Origin: Lachnospiraceae bacterium
Lineage (GTDB): Bacteria > Bacillota > Clostridia > Lachnospirales > Lachnospiraceae
Reading direction: 5' to 3'
Length of the DNA stretch: 64,000 bases
Assembly (NCBI GenBank): GCA_017543485.1
Contig: JAFYFY010000227.1
Location: 3,480 to 67,479 of the forward strand
Below, piece after piece: positions 47,151 through 56,945 of this stretch. A model generated the notes under the pieces. The model saw only the letters and a list, made by a program, of their open reading frames with translations, had not been told where the DNA came from and ran no database searches. Every line of letters starts with the position of its first letter. Position 1 is the first letter of the stretch. The position numbers and the translations under genes are program-made.

Positions 47151-48608
47151 TTACAGCAGGAGCTCGAAGATATCCGCTCCCGGCCGGGTGTATTTTTCAT
47201 AGAGCTCCTCGTAGGAGTCCAGCATCCGGCGGGCGGAGGAGGCAAACACATCCTGCTTCAGGTAGAAGATCACCTTGTTTAGGAACGCCACCCGGTCCTG
47301 CAGATCCTCCTCCGTTCCGAAGAAGGGGCCGAACTTTTTGTTCTCCGCGATCCGGGCTTCCTCACTTCTGTGGTCCCGTCTGGCCTCCCGGTTTTCCTCA
47401 TCGATGGCGCAGTTGGCCAGTCTGGCAAAGGTGGGCCAGTTGCGGATGAGCTTCTGCTCCCGGTCCAGCTTCTCCGCCAGCCGGCTCACGGCATTGTCCA
47501 TGCCCACGCACAGCACCTCCTTCAGGGGCCTGCTGCCCGAAAAGGTCTCGTACTCCCGGGTCATGCTCTCCGGCAGGATGTCGAAGTTGATGGGCACATA
47601 GGAGAGGGCAAAGCGGCGCTTAAAGGCGCTGTCCATGACAAAGATATTGTCATCCGCCGTGTTCATGGTGGCGATGATGCTGAAATTGGACGGCAGCCAG
47701 ATCCGTCCGGTGTGGAAGATGTTCTTCATCCAGGGATCCTTGGAAAAATAGGCCCCGATATCCGGGTTCACCACCTCATAGGAGGACTTCCCGGCAGGTC
47801 CCCTGTCCAGGAGCTGGAAGATGTCTCCGAAGATGGCGGGGGCATTGCCCCGGTTGATCTCCTCGATCACCAGGAAGAACTTCTCCTTCGGGTTCAGGAA
47901 TGCGGCCTTTAGGAGGATGGTAAAGGGCCCCGCGATGTAGATGTGGGCTGTCAGGTGCTCTGCCGCGGTGACCTGCTTGATCTCTCCCACAAACTCCCCA
48001 TAGGTGTAGGAAGGGTGGAAGATTACGCGCTTGCAGTGGGCATCCCGCTCCTCCGGATCCGGGTATTCCTCCTCCAGAAGCCGGTTCACCCGGTAGGATT
48101 TGCCCGTGCCGGGGGCGCCATAGTAAACCCGCTGGATGGGCTTCATCTCATATTCTTCGAAATAGAACTTCTCGGTCTCCGCGGCCTGGGTCTCGGAGAG
48201 CTCCGCGTCGGCGCTCATATAAAAGGGCGCGTGGATCCGGTAGGCTTCCGGCAGCGGGACCTCCCCCCGCTCCAGCAGGTACCGGTAGAGCTCGATGGCG
48301 GTGGAGAGGGTGCCGTGGCCTTCATTGTCCACATTTTCAAATTCGGACAGGCTCCGCAGGATCTCCACGGTATCCGCCAGCTGCAGGGCGTTCTGACAAT
48401 AGAACAGATTTCCGCCCTCATCCCCTTTTACTCTGGCGCCCCCGACCCGCAGCGCATAGCAGTAGGAATTGGTCTCCGTGTCCGTATAGTAGCGCATGCC
48501 GTCATCCTGGACCTGGGACCGGAGCCACTCCTTGAATCGCTTCTCGCTTTCCGCCGGCCCTCCGGCTATCCTCGTCTTTCTGGACGGATCCCCTCCGAAC
48601 AGCGCCAT
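47151..48608 (-). CDS. McrB-family AAA+ GTPase with an uncharacterised N-terminal domain; no McrC gene nearby
   Basis: YGAPGTGKSY, FHPSYTYGEFVG, IEEINRGN, TMNTAD (McrB NxxD), MDSAFKRRF. Confidence 0.82.
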   Translation of the reverse strand: MALFGGDPSRKTRIAGGPAESEKRFKEWLRSQVQDDGMRYYTDTETNSYCYALRVGGARVKGDEGGNLFYCQNALQLADTVEILRSLSEFENVDNEGHGTLSTAIELYRYLLERGEVPLPEAYRIHAPFYMSADAELSETQAAETEKFYFEEYEMKPIQRVYYGAPGTGKSYRVNRLLEEEYPDPEERDAHCKRVIFHPSYTYGEFVGEIKQVTAAEHLTAHIYIAGPFTILLKAAFLNPKEKFFLVIEEINRGNAPAIFGDIFQLLDRGPAGKSSYEVVNPDIGAYFSKDPWMKNIFHTGRIWLPSNFSIIATMNTADDNIFVMDSAFKRRFALSYVPINFDILPESMTREYETFSGSRPLKEVLCVGMDNAVSRLAEKLDREQKLIRNWPTFARLANCAIDEENREARRDHRSEEARIAENKKFGPFFGTEEDLQDRVAFLNKVIFYLKQDVFASSARRMLDSYEELYEKYTRPGADIFELLL

Positions 48609-48662
48609 ACCCCGCTCCTTTCCGTGCCCGCCGGTTTTCCCCTGCGCCGGCAGCTCTGCCTC

Positions 48663-50663
48663 TTATTTTTTCAGGTTCTTTTTCAGTTCAAACAGCTGAT
48701 CACGCAGCAGCGCCGCATTCTCGAAATCCAGATCCGCAGCGGCCTTTCGCATCTGCTGTTCCACCTTTGCGATAAGGGCCTGCAGCTCCTTCGGGCTCAT
48801 GGATTCCGGATCCTTCTCCCACACCGGGGACTCCTTTTCCACTTCCTTCGAGATGCTGATGAGATCCCGCACCGACTTTCGGATGGTCTGAGGCGTGATC
48901 CCGTGCTCTTCATTATACTCCTTTTGGATCTCTCGTCGACGGTTTGTCTCGTCGATGGCCCTCTGCATGGAATCCGTGATCTCGTCCGCGTACATCACCA
49001 CATGTCCGTCCACGTTCCGGGCGGCCCGGCCGATGGTCTGGATGAGGCTGGTCTCGCTCCGGAGGAACCCTTCCTTGTCCGCATCCAGGATGGCCACCAT
49101 GGTGATCTCCGGAATGTCCAGCCCCTCCCTGAGGAGATTGATCCCCACCAGCACATCGAAGACATCCATCCGCAGATCCCGGATGATCTTGGTGCGCTCC
49201 AGGGCTTCGATATCCGAGTGCATGTACTTTACCCGGATCCCCACCTCCTTCAGATAGTCCGTCAGATCCTCCGCCATCTTTTTCGTCAGGGTGGTGATGA
49301 GGACCTTGCGCTTTAAGGCTTCCTCCCCTGGTTCCTGCGCCGCCAGCTCCTTCCGGATGCGGCCCACCAGATCGTCGATCTGCCCCTCCACGGGGCACAC
49401 CTCCACTGGGGGATCCAGAAGGCCCGTGGGGCGGATCACCTGCTCCGCCCGCAGGAGCTCATGCTCCTCCTCATAGACGGAAGGGGTGGCGGATACAAAG
49501 AGCATCTGATCGATATGATCCTCAAACTCCGAGAAGTTTAAGGGGCGGTTGTCCAGGGCGGAGGGCAGGCGGAAGCCGTAATCCACCAGGGTCGTCTTCC
49601 GGGACCGGTCCCCGGCGTACATGGCCCGGATCTGGGGGATGGTCATATGGGACTCATCCACGATGATGAGAAAGTCCTCCGGGAAAAAGTCCATGAGGGT
49701 CATGGGCGGCGCCCCCGCCGGGAGCCCCGACAGGTGCCTGGAATAGTTCTCGATGCCGGAACAAAAACCCGTCTCCCGCAGCATCTCCACGTCGAAATTC
49801 GTCCGCTCCGCGATGCGCTGGGCCTCGATGAGGCGGTCCTCGGACTTAAAGTACCGGACCCGCTCCTCCAGCTCCTTTTCGATGTCCTCGCAGGCCACCC
49901 GGATCCGCTCCGGGGACACCACATAGTGGGAGGCCGGGAAGATCATGATGTGCTCTAAGGTCTTCAGCGCCCTGCCGTTTAAGGGGTCCGTCTCGGAGAT
50001 GCGCTCGATCTCATCCCCGAACCATTCGATGCGCACCAGGCAGTCTCCCCCCTGGGCGGGCCAGAACTCCAGGATATCCCCGTGGACCCGAAAGAGACCC
50101 GGCTTCTTTTCCAGGTCATTTCGCTCATACTGCATATCGATGAGGCCCCGGATCACGGCGTCCCGGTCGATGCTCTGCCCGGGCCGCAGGCTCACCACCA
50201 TCCCCTTGTATTCGTCCGGGCTGCCCAGACCGTAGATGCAGGAGACACTGGCCACCACGATGACATCCCGTCTCTCGGAGAGGGAGGCCGTGGCGGAGAG
50301 CCGCAGCTTGTCGATCTCGTCATTGATGGAGGAATCCTTTGCGATGTAGGTATCCGACTGGGGGACATAGGCCTCCGGCTGGTAATAATCGTAATAGGAC
50401 ACAAAATACTCCACCGCGTTCTCCGGGAAGAAGGATTTCATCTCCCCGTAGAGCTGCCCCGCCAGAGTCTTGTTGTGGCTGATGATCAGGGTGGGCTTTT
50501 GCAGCGCCTGGATCACATTGGCCATGGTAAAGGTCTTCCCCGAGCCGGTGACCCCCAGCAGGGTCTCAAACTGATTCCCCGCCCGGAACCCTTCCACCAG
50601 CTCTTTGATGGCCCGGGGCTGATCGCCTGTGGGCTGATAGTCGGAATGAAGTTTAAATTCCAT
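48663..50663 (-). CDS. uvrB: Excinuclease ABC subunit B
   Basis: [46 protein letters not shown]-terminal UVR domain. Confidence 0.97.
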   Translation of the reverse strand: MEFKLHSDYQPTGDQPRAIKELVEGFRAGNQFETLLGVTGSGKTFTMANVIQALQKPTLIISHNKTLAGQLYGEMKSFFPENAVEYFVSYYDYYQPEAYVPQSDTYIAKDSSINDEIDKLRLSATASLSERRDVIVVASVSCIYGLGSPDEYKGMVVSLRPGQSIDRDAVIRGLIDMQYERNDLEKKPGLFRVHGDILEFWPAQGGDCLVRIEWFGDEIERISETDPLNGRALKTLEHIMIFPASHYVVSPERIRVACEDIEKELEERVRYFKSEDRLIEAQRIAERTNFDVEMLRETGFCSGIENYSRHLSGLPAGAPPMTLMDFFPEDFLIIVDESHMTIPQIRAMYAGDRSRKTTLVDYGFRLPSALDNRPLNFSEFEDHIDQMLFVSATPSVYEEEHELLRAEQVIRPTGLLDPPVEVCPVEGQIDDLVGRIRKELAAQEPGEEALKRKVLITTLTKKMAEDLTDYLKEVGIRVKYMHSDIEALERTKIIRDLRMDVFDVLVGINLLREGLDIPEITMVAILDADKEGFLRSETSLIQTIGRAARNVDGHVVMYADEITDSMQRAIDETNRRREIQKEYNEEHGITPQTIRKSVRDLISISKEVEKESPVWEKDPESMSPKELQALIAKVEQQMRKAAADLDFENAALLRDQLFELKKNLKK

Positions 50664-50758
50664 CGCTTTTTCCTGTATGGTCCCCTGGAGCCAGGGCCGG
50701 GACCGGCACCTCCCCGGGGACGAAAACGGAACAAAAAACAGAAACGGGATACCCATAG

Positions 50759-50809
50759 AGTATACCATTTCCGTTTTTGTCTGTCTATGCATTTTCGAAC
50801 AGATGTTTG
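50759..50809 (-). promoter_or_regulatory. uvrB promoter with a Gram-positive LexA (Cheo) SOS box
   Basis: CGAACAGATGTTTG (50796-50809) matches CGAACRNRYGTTYG; TAGACA-N17-TATACT at 50787-50759. Confidence 0.8.
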
Positions 50810-50827
50810 CGCTTTTCCGGTTCCTTT

Positions 50828-51850
50828 TCAGATCTGTTTTTTCGCTTCCTCCAGGGCTGCGATGACCCGGTCGCAGTAGGCGTCGAATTCCGGATCCTCT
50901 GTCTGACACTCCGGATGACACAGCACATAGTCCAGAGCCATGCGGACTCCCCGCTCAAAGTGAGTCTTCGTGCACATCTCCGGCACCGCCCGCTTTAACT
51001 TGCTGTTGTCAAAGACGACGCAGACCGACTTGTCCCCGGTGAGTCCCCCTTCGAAATCATATCCGTACTTCCTGCCGGTGTCGCTGAGGAAATCCGAGGA
51101 GACATGCACCGCCTTCAGCTCCACCCCCAGAGCATCCGCAATGGTCCGGTAGATCTGATCCCAGGTCAGGGTCTCATCCCCGGTGATCTGGAAGGCCTCT
51201 CCGATGGCGTGGGGATTCCCCATAAGGCCCGTATAGCCCACGGCAAAATCGCTGTTGTGGGTCAGGGTCCAGAGGGAGGATCCGTCCCCCTGGATGAGGA
51301 CCGGTTTGCCCTCCAGCATGCGTTTTATCACCTGATAGGAGCCTTTGTTTCCGTGGACACCCAGAGGGATGCTGCGCTCGTCGTAGGTGTGGCTGGGCCT
51401 GACGATGGTCACGGGGAAGCCCTCCTCCCGGTACTTTCTCATGAGGAACTCTTCGCAGGCGATCTTGTTCCGGGAGTACTCCCAGTGGGGATTGGAGAGA
51501 GTGGTCCCCTCGGTGATCACATAGCCTGCGGCAGGCTTGTGATAGGCCGAGGCCGAGCTGATATAGATATACTGTCTCGTCTTTCCCCGAAAGAGACGGT
51601 AGTCCCGCTCTACCTGCTCCGGCACGAATCCGATGAACTCCCCCACCACATCGAATTCCATTCCTTCCAGCTTCTTTCGCGCGTCCTCCTCATCCGAGAT
51701 GTCGCACCGGATCACATGAACGCCCTCCGGGATCTCCTCCGTCCGATTCCCGCGGTTTAACAGATACAGGTCCCACATGGGATCCGCCGCCAGGCGCCTG
51801 GTGATGGCCATGCTGATGGTTCCCGTACCGCCGATGAACAGTGCCTTCAT
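50828..51850 (-). CDS. NAD-dependent epimerase/dehydratase (atypical SDR)
   Basis: [29 protein letters not shown]. Confidence 0.87.
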   Translation of the reverse strand: MKALFIGGTGTISMAITRRLAADPMWDLYLLNRGNRTEEIPEGVHVIRCDISDEEDARKKLEGMEFDVVGEFIGFVPEQVERDYRLFRGKTRQYIYISSASAYHKPAAGYVITEGTTLSNPHWEYSRNKIACEEFLMRKYREEGFPVTIVRPSHTYDERSIPLGVHGNKGSYQVIKRMLEGKPVLIQGDGSSLWTLTHNSDFAVGYTGLMGNPHAIGEAFQITGDETLTWDQIYRTIADALGVELKAVHVSSDFLSDTGRKYGYDFEGGLTGDKSVCVVFDNSKLKRAVPEMCTKTHFERGVRMALDYVLCHPECQTEDPEFDAYCDRVIAALEEAKKQI

Positions 51851-52026
51851 ACCCCGTTTACCTCCCGTTTTTTGCTCTTGTTTCAAAGTGTCCCTGCGGA
51901 CTCATACCCAGAATATCGTTCTTTTTTCGAAATAGACAGCCGAAATTTATTGAACTTTGCCCGTTTTTTGTTAAGATAAAAGGAGAAAAAAAGGGTCGAA
52001 GGACCGGATCCAAAGCGAGGAATGCA

Positions 52027-52872
52027 ATGGACAAAGAGATCATCTACTATCCCCATGTTCAGGGGATCACCATGGCGGAGAACGGAATGCCCAGGCAGTT
52101 TCCGTCCCACTGGCACAATGACGCGGAGTTTACCCTCATCGAAAAACCGGGATGCAGATTCCGGGTGGGGGACGAGATCCTGACGCCGGAGCCGGGGGAT
52201 GTCCTGCTGGTGTGGCCCCGGCAGCTGCATGAGATCCTGCATATGCCCGAGGGCGGCGGGGTCATGATCCAGTTTTCGTCGCGGCTCATGGAGAGCCATT
52301 CGGATCTGGTGGCGGCCTCCCGCTTTATCAGTGAAAGGCACCTGCTCTCGGCCTCCAAGGATCCGGAACTCTGCACCCGGGTCCGGGAGCTCATCTCTCA
52401 GATCCGGAAGCTCTACCACAGCAATCCCACCCTTGTGGAGACCAGATGCAAGGTCCGGATCTACGAGATGCTGATCCTCATCGGGGAGCATGTGATGCAG
52501 GGATACCGGGAGCAGATCGGGGACGAGAACTTCTCCGACAAGGCCTGGGAATACATCCGCACGGCCTGCGGCTATATCGCGGACCACTCCGCGGAGGACC
52601 TGACCCAGGCCCAGGTGGCGGCCCAGACCGGCCTGAGTCCCTACTATTTCTCCAAGCTCTTCCATGAATACACCCAGATGACCTTCCCGGCGTATCTCTC
52701 CGGGATCCGGGTACAGAACGCGATCCATCTGCTGGCCAGCGAACAGGTGTCCGTGACGGAATGCGCCTTTACGGCGGGGTTCCAGTCCACCACTACCTTC
52801 AACAAGGTCTTCCGGGAGCACACGGGGTGCACCCCCCGGGAGTACCGAAAGCTTCACAGGCAGAGCAAGTAA
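52027..52872 (+). CDS. AraC family transcriptional regulator
   Basis: N-terminal cupin HWH; C-terminal YFSKLF...AGFQS..TFNKVFREHTGCTPREYR. Confidence 0.9.
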   Translation: MDKEIIYYPHVQGITMAENGMPRQFPSHWHNDAEFTLIEKPGCRFRVGDEILTPEPGDVLLVWPRQLHEILHMPEGGGVMIQFSSRLMESHSDLVAASRFISERHLLSASKDPELCTRVRELISQIRKLYHSNPTLVETRCKVRIYEMLILIGEHVMQGYREQIGDENFSDKAWEYIRTACGYIADHSAEDLTQAQVAAQTGLSPYYFSKLFHEYTQMTFPAYLSGIRVQNAIHLLASEQVSVTECAFTAGFQSTTTFNKVFREHTGCTPREYRKLHRQSK

Positions 52873-52873
52873 T

Positions 52874-54487
52874 TCAATTGCATCTGCGCACCGCATCCCG
52901 CAGGGGAAGCAGGGCGGAGGGCGCCACGGACAGCTCGTCCACCCCCGCATCCAGGAAGGTCTGGGTCAGGGTCAGATCCGCGGCCAGCTCTCCACAGATC
53001 CCCACCGGGATCCCGGCGCTGTGTCCCCCTTCCACCGTCATCCGGATCAGTTGAAGCACCGCCGGGTGGTGGGGATTGCAGTATCGCTCCGCCGCCTCGT
53101 TCCTGCGGTCCACCGCCAGAGCGTACTGGGTCAGGTCGTTGGTCCCGATGCTGAAAAAGTCCGCATCCTTTGCCAGCTCCGCGCTGATCAGCGCAGCCGC
53201 CGGTGTCTCGATCATGATCCCCACCCGGGTATCCGCCCGGAAGGGGATCTTTTGCATCTTCAGTTCACTTTTTACCTGTTCGATCAGGACTCTGGTCTTC
53301 TGGACCTCCTCCCGGGAGATGATCATGGGCAGGCAGATGGCGGTCTCTCCGTATGCGGAGGCCCGCAGGATGGCCCGAAGCTGCGACCGGAACAGATCCG
53401 GCCGGTCCAGGCAGATGCGGATGGCCCGGTATCCCAGGGCGGGGTTTTCCTCCTCCCCCAGATCCAGACACTCCGCCTGCTTATCCGCTCCCAGATCCAG
53501 GGTGCGGATCACGATCCGCTTGCCCTGCATGCGCTCCGTGGCCTCTTTGTAGGCTTCAAACTGCTCCTCCTCCGAGGGCAGATCCTTTCTCCCCAGAAAC
53601 AGGAATTCACTCCGAAACAGGCCCACACCCTCGGCGCCGTCTGCCAGGGCGGTGTCAATATCCCCGGCGCTGCCGATGTTGGCCAGGATCTTCAGCTGTT
53701 TTCCGCTCTTTGAGACGGCGGGCTCTCCCCGCAGAAGCTGCAGACGTCTTTCCTCATCCGCGTTTTTCTGTATTCGCCGGTTCAGCTGTTCCAGCGTGGC
53801 TGCATCGGGATCCAGGACCAGTTCCCCCTTTTCCCCGTCCAGCACGGCCTCTTCGTCCCCTGCAAGGTCCGAGACGCAGATTCCCGTCACCGCAGGCACC
53901 CCCATCATCCGGGCCAGGATCGCCGCATGGGAACCCGCGGACCCCATATGGGTCACGATCCCCAGGATCTTCGATCGGTCAAAGCGGATGGTCTCCGAGG
54001 GGGTCAGATCCTCTGCCGCCAGGATCACCGGCCCGGGCAGATCGAAGGAATGGCTCCCCCCCGCCAGGATCGCTCCGATGCGCTCCGCCACATCCCGCAC
54101 ATCCACGGCGCGCTCCCTAAGCAGCATGTCCCCCTGCTCCTCAAACCGCTTGGCGTAATATTCCCCGGTGGCCTCCACCGCCTGCTCCGCCCAAAGCCCC
54201 CCGTCCAGGATCAGATGCCGGATCTGCTCCGTAAACTGGGCATCCTGCAGGATGAGAAGCTGGGCGGCAAAAATGTCCGCTCCCCGCTTTTTTTCTCCCG
54301 TGGGCGTATTTCCTGACAGTTCCGTCAGTTCTTTTTCCGCCTCCCGGACGGCAGCCTCAAACCGGGCAAACTCCGCCCCCGAATCCGCCGGCAGCCCGGG
54401 ACGGATCCTCTTTTCCCTTCTCTGATACAGACAGATCCGGCCTCTGGCGACACCGCCCGAGACCGGTTTTCCCATAAATTTGCGCAT
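52874..54487 (-). CDS. ptsI: PEP-protein phosphotransferase (PTS enzyme I)
   Basis: SHAAILAR phospho-His, GVGLFRSEF, RTLDLGADK, ENPALGYRAIR, SIGTNDLTQY, GICGE. Confidence 0.92.
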   Translation of the reverse strand: MRKFMGKPVSGGVARGRICLYQRREKRIRPGLPADSGAEFARFEAAVREAEKELTELSGNTPTGEKKRGADIFAAQLLILQDAQFTEQIRHLILDGGLWAEQAVEATGEYYAKRFEEQGDMLLRERAVDVRDVAERIGAILAGGSHSFDLPGPVILAAEDLTPSETIRFDRSKILGIVTHMGSAGSHAAILARMMGVPAVTGICVSDLAGDEEAVLDGEKGELVLDPDAATLEQLNRRIQKNADEERRLQLLRGEPAVSKSGKQLKILANIGSAGDIDTALADGAEGVGLFRSEFLFLGRKDLPSEEEQFEAYKEATERMQGKRIVIRTLDLGADKQAECLDLGEEENPALGYRAIRICLDRPDLFRSQLRAILRASAYGETAICLPMIISREEVQKTRVLIEQVKSELKMQKIPFRADTRVGIMIETPAAALISAELAKDADFFSIGTNDLTQYALAVDRRNEAAERYCNPHHPAVLQLIRMTVEGGHSAGIPVGICGELAADLTLTQTFLDAGVDELSVAPSALLPLRDAVRRCN

Positions 54488-54588
54488 GGTCTTCCTCCCG
54501 TCACTCCCCTATTATGCCACATCCGGGCGGGAGGGAACAGCCCCAAATGACGGCCAGGGGCAGGGGCCCGCGGATCCGGCAGACGCCC

Positions 54589-54616
54589 TTAAGTTTCCGT
54601 GAAACTCTGCCGATAA
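54589..54616 (+). promoter_or_regulatory. Sigma-28 promoter
   Basis: TTAAGTTT-N12-GCCGATAA, close to consensus. Confidence 0.75.
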
Positions 54617-54681
54617 ACAGAGTAAGAACAGGGAAGTTCGAAGGCAGTTTCTAAGGGATGCGTTACAAGGAGGTGATGCAC

Positions 54682-54900
54682 ATGACGACCATGAATTTCG
54701 GTACGTCGCCTGCCTTATCGGAAATTAGTGCCATCGGTGCGGTAGGGGCCAGTACCCGGTACCGGAAATGGGAACGGGATCAGCGCCGCGACCGGGAAGA
54801 CCGGCAGAAGAAGAAAAAGACACCGTTCCAGGAGCTTCTGGATCAGGAAGTGGAAGCGGTTCCCGGGCAGATCGGAAGCTTCTTCGAAGCCAGGGCGTAA
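54682..54900 (+). CDS. Small hypothetical protein (72 aa) under sigma-28 control
   Basis: AAGGAGGTG RBS, ATG, MTTMNFGTSP...FQELLDQEV...GSFFEARA; own promoter and downstream terminator. Confidence 0.65.
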   Translation: MTTMNFGTSPALSEISAIGAVGASTRYRKWERDQRRDREDRQKKKKTPFQELLDQEVEAVPGQIGSFFEARA

Positions 54901-54965
54901 CACGCCTGGGCGTGACACGCCGGGCGTAAGCATACGCCGGGCGTAAGCATACGCCGGGACGACAC
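54889..54965 (+). repeat. Degenerate 13-17-bp tandem repeats (GCCnGGGCGTAA...) starting at the small ORF stop
   Basis: gccagggcgtaacac, gcctgggcgtgacac, gccgggcgtaagcatac x2, gccgggacgacac. Confidence 0.7.
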
Positions 54966-55039
54966 ATCGGGCAGCACAGCGAAGAGACGGCAGCGCAGCG
55001 ACAGGGAGGCAGACCAAAACATGAATACAGCGAAAGCCT

Positions 55040-55067
55040 GAAGACCGCAGGAATCCCTGCGGTCTTC
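55040..55067 (+). terminator. Hairpin after the small ORF
   Basis: gaagaccgcagg-aatc-cctgcggtcttc. Confidence 0.6.
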
Positions 55068-55146
55068 GTGCATCCTTGACACCCGCCCGGAAATAGCCGA
55101 AAATAGAAAAGATGAAATCATCCATAACAGATCGGGAGGTGATCGT

Positions 55147-55968
55147 ATGATCGGACATATTCATTCACTGGAAAGCTTCGGAACCGTGGACGGGCCCGGC
55201 ACCCGCTTCGTCGTCTTCGTCAAGGGCTGCCCCATGCGCTGCGCCTACTGCCACAACCCGGACACCTGGGAGATGGCGGGAGGGACGGATATGGAGCCCT
55301 CCTACATCATGGAGCAGTATCACCGCAACGAAAGCTTCTACCAGAACGGCGGCGGGATCACGGTCACCGGCGGAGAACCCCTGATGCAGATCGACTTTCT
55401 CATCGAACTCTTCACCCTGGCCAAAAAGGATCATGTCCACACCTGTCTGGATACCTCGGGCATCGCCTTCAATCCGGAGAACCCTGCCCTGATGGAGAAG
55501 TTCGACCGTCTCTGCGAGGTGACGGATCTGGTGATGCTGGACATCAAGCACATCGATCCGGAGAAGCATCTGGAGCTGGTGAAGCAGCCCAACACCAACA
55601 TCCTGAAGTTTGCGAAATACCTGGACGAAAAGCATGTGGATGTGTGGATCCGCCATGTCATCGTCCCCGGCTGGACCGATGATGACAAATATCTCTTCGA
55701 GCTGGGATATTTCATCGGAGGTCTCAGCAACCTGAAGGCCCTGGATGCCCTGCCCTACCACACCATGGGAAAGAGAAAATACGACGAGCTGGGGATCCCC
55801 TACCGGTTGGAGGGCGTCCCGCCCATGGACAAGGCGAAGCTCATCGAGAAAAAGGAAGTCATCCTGGACGGGATCCGCAAGCGACGGGCGGAGCTTCGGG
55901 ACACCGCCGTCTCCAACCAGGACCAGGCTGCCCAGGGCGATCAGGCTGCCGGATTTACCAAACCGTGA
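55147..55968 (+). CDS. pflA: Pyruvate formate-lyase activating enzyme
   Basis: HSLESFGTVDGPG, CPMRCAYCHNPDTW, TGGEP, LPYHTMG. Confidence 0.93.
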   Translation: MIGHIHSLESFGTVDGPGTRFVVFVKGCPMRCAYCHNPDTWEMAGGTDMEPSYIMEQYHRNESFYQNGGGITVTGGEPLMQIDFLIELFTLAKKDHVHTCLDTSGIAFNPENPALMEKFDRLCEVTDLVMLDIKHIDPEKHLELVKQPNTNILKFAKYLDEKHVDVWIRHVIVPGWTDDDKYLFELGYFIGGLSNLKALDALPYHTMGKRKYDELGIPYRLEGVPPMDKAKLIEKKEVILDGIRKRRAELRDTAVSNQDQAAQGDQAAGFTKP

Positions 55969-56116
55969 CAGGTTCCCGGTTAGCCTATGCTACCCGAAAA
56001 TACTGGGTTTCCGGGCATTTTTCACTTGTTTTTTCGGGGGCATCATATTATGATATTTGGGTAGCATTTGTTAAGACCCGGCGCTCCGGCACCGGTAGAT
56101 AAGGGAGGTAAATGAA

Positions 56117-56287
56117 ATGGCATATGTGATCAACGAAACCTGCATCGCTTGCGGATCCTGCGAGAGTGTCTGCCCTGTGGGAGCCATCTCCATGGGAGAC
56201 GGAAAGTTCGAGATTGATCCCGACAAGTGTGTCAGCTGCGGCGCATGCGCCGGACAGTGCCCCGTTGGAGCCATCTCTGAGGGCTGA
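56117..56287 (+). CDS. 2[4Fe-4S] ferredoxin (56 aa; below the ORF-track cutoff)
   Basis: MAYVINETCIACGSCESVCPVGAISMGDGKFEIDPDKCVSCGACAGQCPVGAISEG*; GGGAGG RBS. Confidence 0.93.
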   Translation: MAYVINETCIACGSCESVCPVGAISMGDGKFEIDPDKCVSCGACAGQCPVGAISEG

Positions 56288-56361
56288 CGCCCTCATCGAA
56301 GGCTAGGCTATCTCCACGGGCTGACGCCCTCATCGAAGGCCAGGCCATCTCCACGGGCTGA
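56281..56361 (+). repeat. 37-bp tandem duplication starting at the ferredoxin stop
   Basis: gggctgacgccctcatcgaaggc(t/c)aggc(t/c)atctccac x2, then gggctga. Confidence 0.8.
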
Positions 56362-56377
56362 GTCATCTGCAAAGCAT

Positions 56378-56409
56378 GAAAAAAGCTGCCGGTTTCGGCA
56401 GCTTTTTTT
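56378..56409. terminator. Bidirectional terminator
   Basis: aaaaaagctgccg-gttt-cggcagcttttttt. Confidence 0.8.
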
Positions 56410-56420
56410 GTATGTGTTTT

Positions 56421-56927
56421 TCAGCCTTCCGTCTTCTCTTCCCCGGAGGCCGCAGCGGCCGCTGCTTCCGAGGTCAGGGCCTGAAACTCTGCGGAGTCCG
56501 GGCTGATCCCCAGATTTCTCTGCAGCTGCTCATAGAGCATCTGTGCCAGCCCCAGTCCCTGGATCTCGGTGGACTGCTCGGCGATCTTCTGGATGGACTG
56601 GTCCTTGAAGATATTTACCAGATTGCTGGTGGCAGATCCTTCGTCCTCATCCGCCCGCATGATGGTCTTTTCCATCCCCTTAAAGACGTGCTCCAGGAGG
56701 TAGGACTCAAACTGCCTGCAAACCCCCATGAGCTCGTCTTCCTGGGTCTTTTTTGACGCCAGAGCTCTGCCGCTCTGCGCGGATTCGCTGATGCGTTCGG
56801 AGGCCTCCCGAAGCCTGTCGGCAAAGCCCTCCGAGGAGACCTTTTCCTGGAAGGCCGTTCCCGCCGCCCCGGTGGCCAGCTGGGTCATATAATCCGTATA
56901 GTTTCCGCCGATCCCCGTGATCGCCAT
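56421..56927 (-). CDS. Rod-binding (FlgJ N-terminal-like) protein
   Basis: ELMGVCRQFESYLLEHVFKGMEKT...GLGLAQMLYEQL; follows flgG. Confidence 0.8.
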   Translation of the reverse strand: MAITGIGGNYTDYMTQLATGAAGTAFQEKVSSEGFADRLREASERISESAQSGRALASKKTQEDELMGVCRQFESYLLEHVFKGMEKTIMRADEDEGSATSNLVNIFKDQSIQKIAEQSTEIQGLGLAQMLYEQLQRNLGISPDSAEFQALTSEAAAAAASGEEKTEG

Positions 56928-56945
56928 GTATCCTCTCCTGTACGA

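Noticed and set aside
54889-56361. Short repeats as a possible CRISPR array
   Set aside because: Units are contiguous tandem copies without unique spacers, and no cas genes are present.
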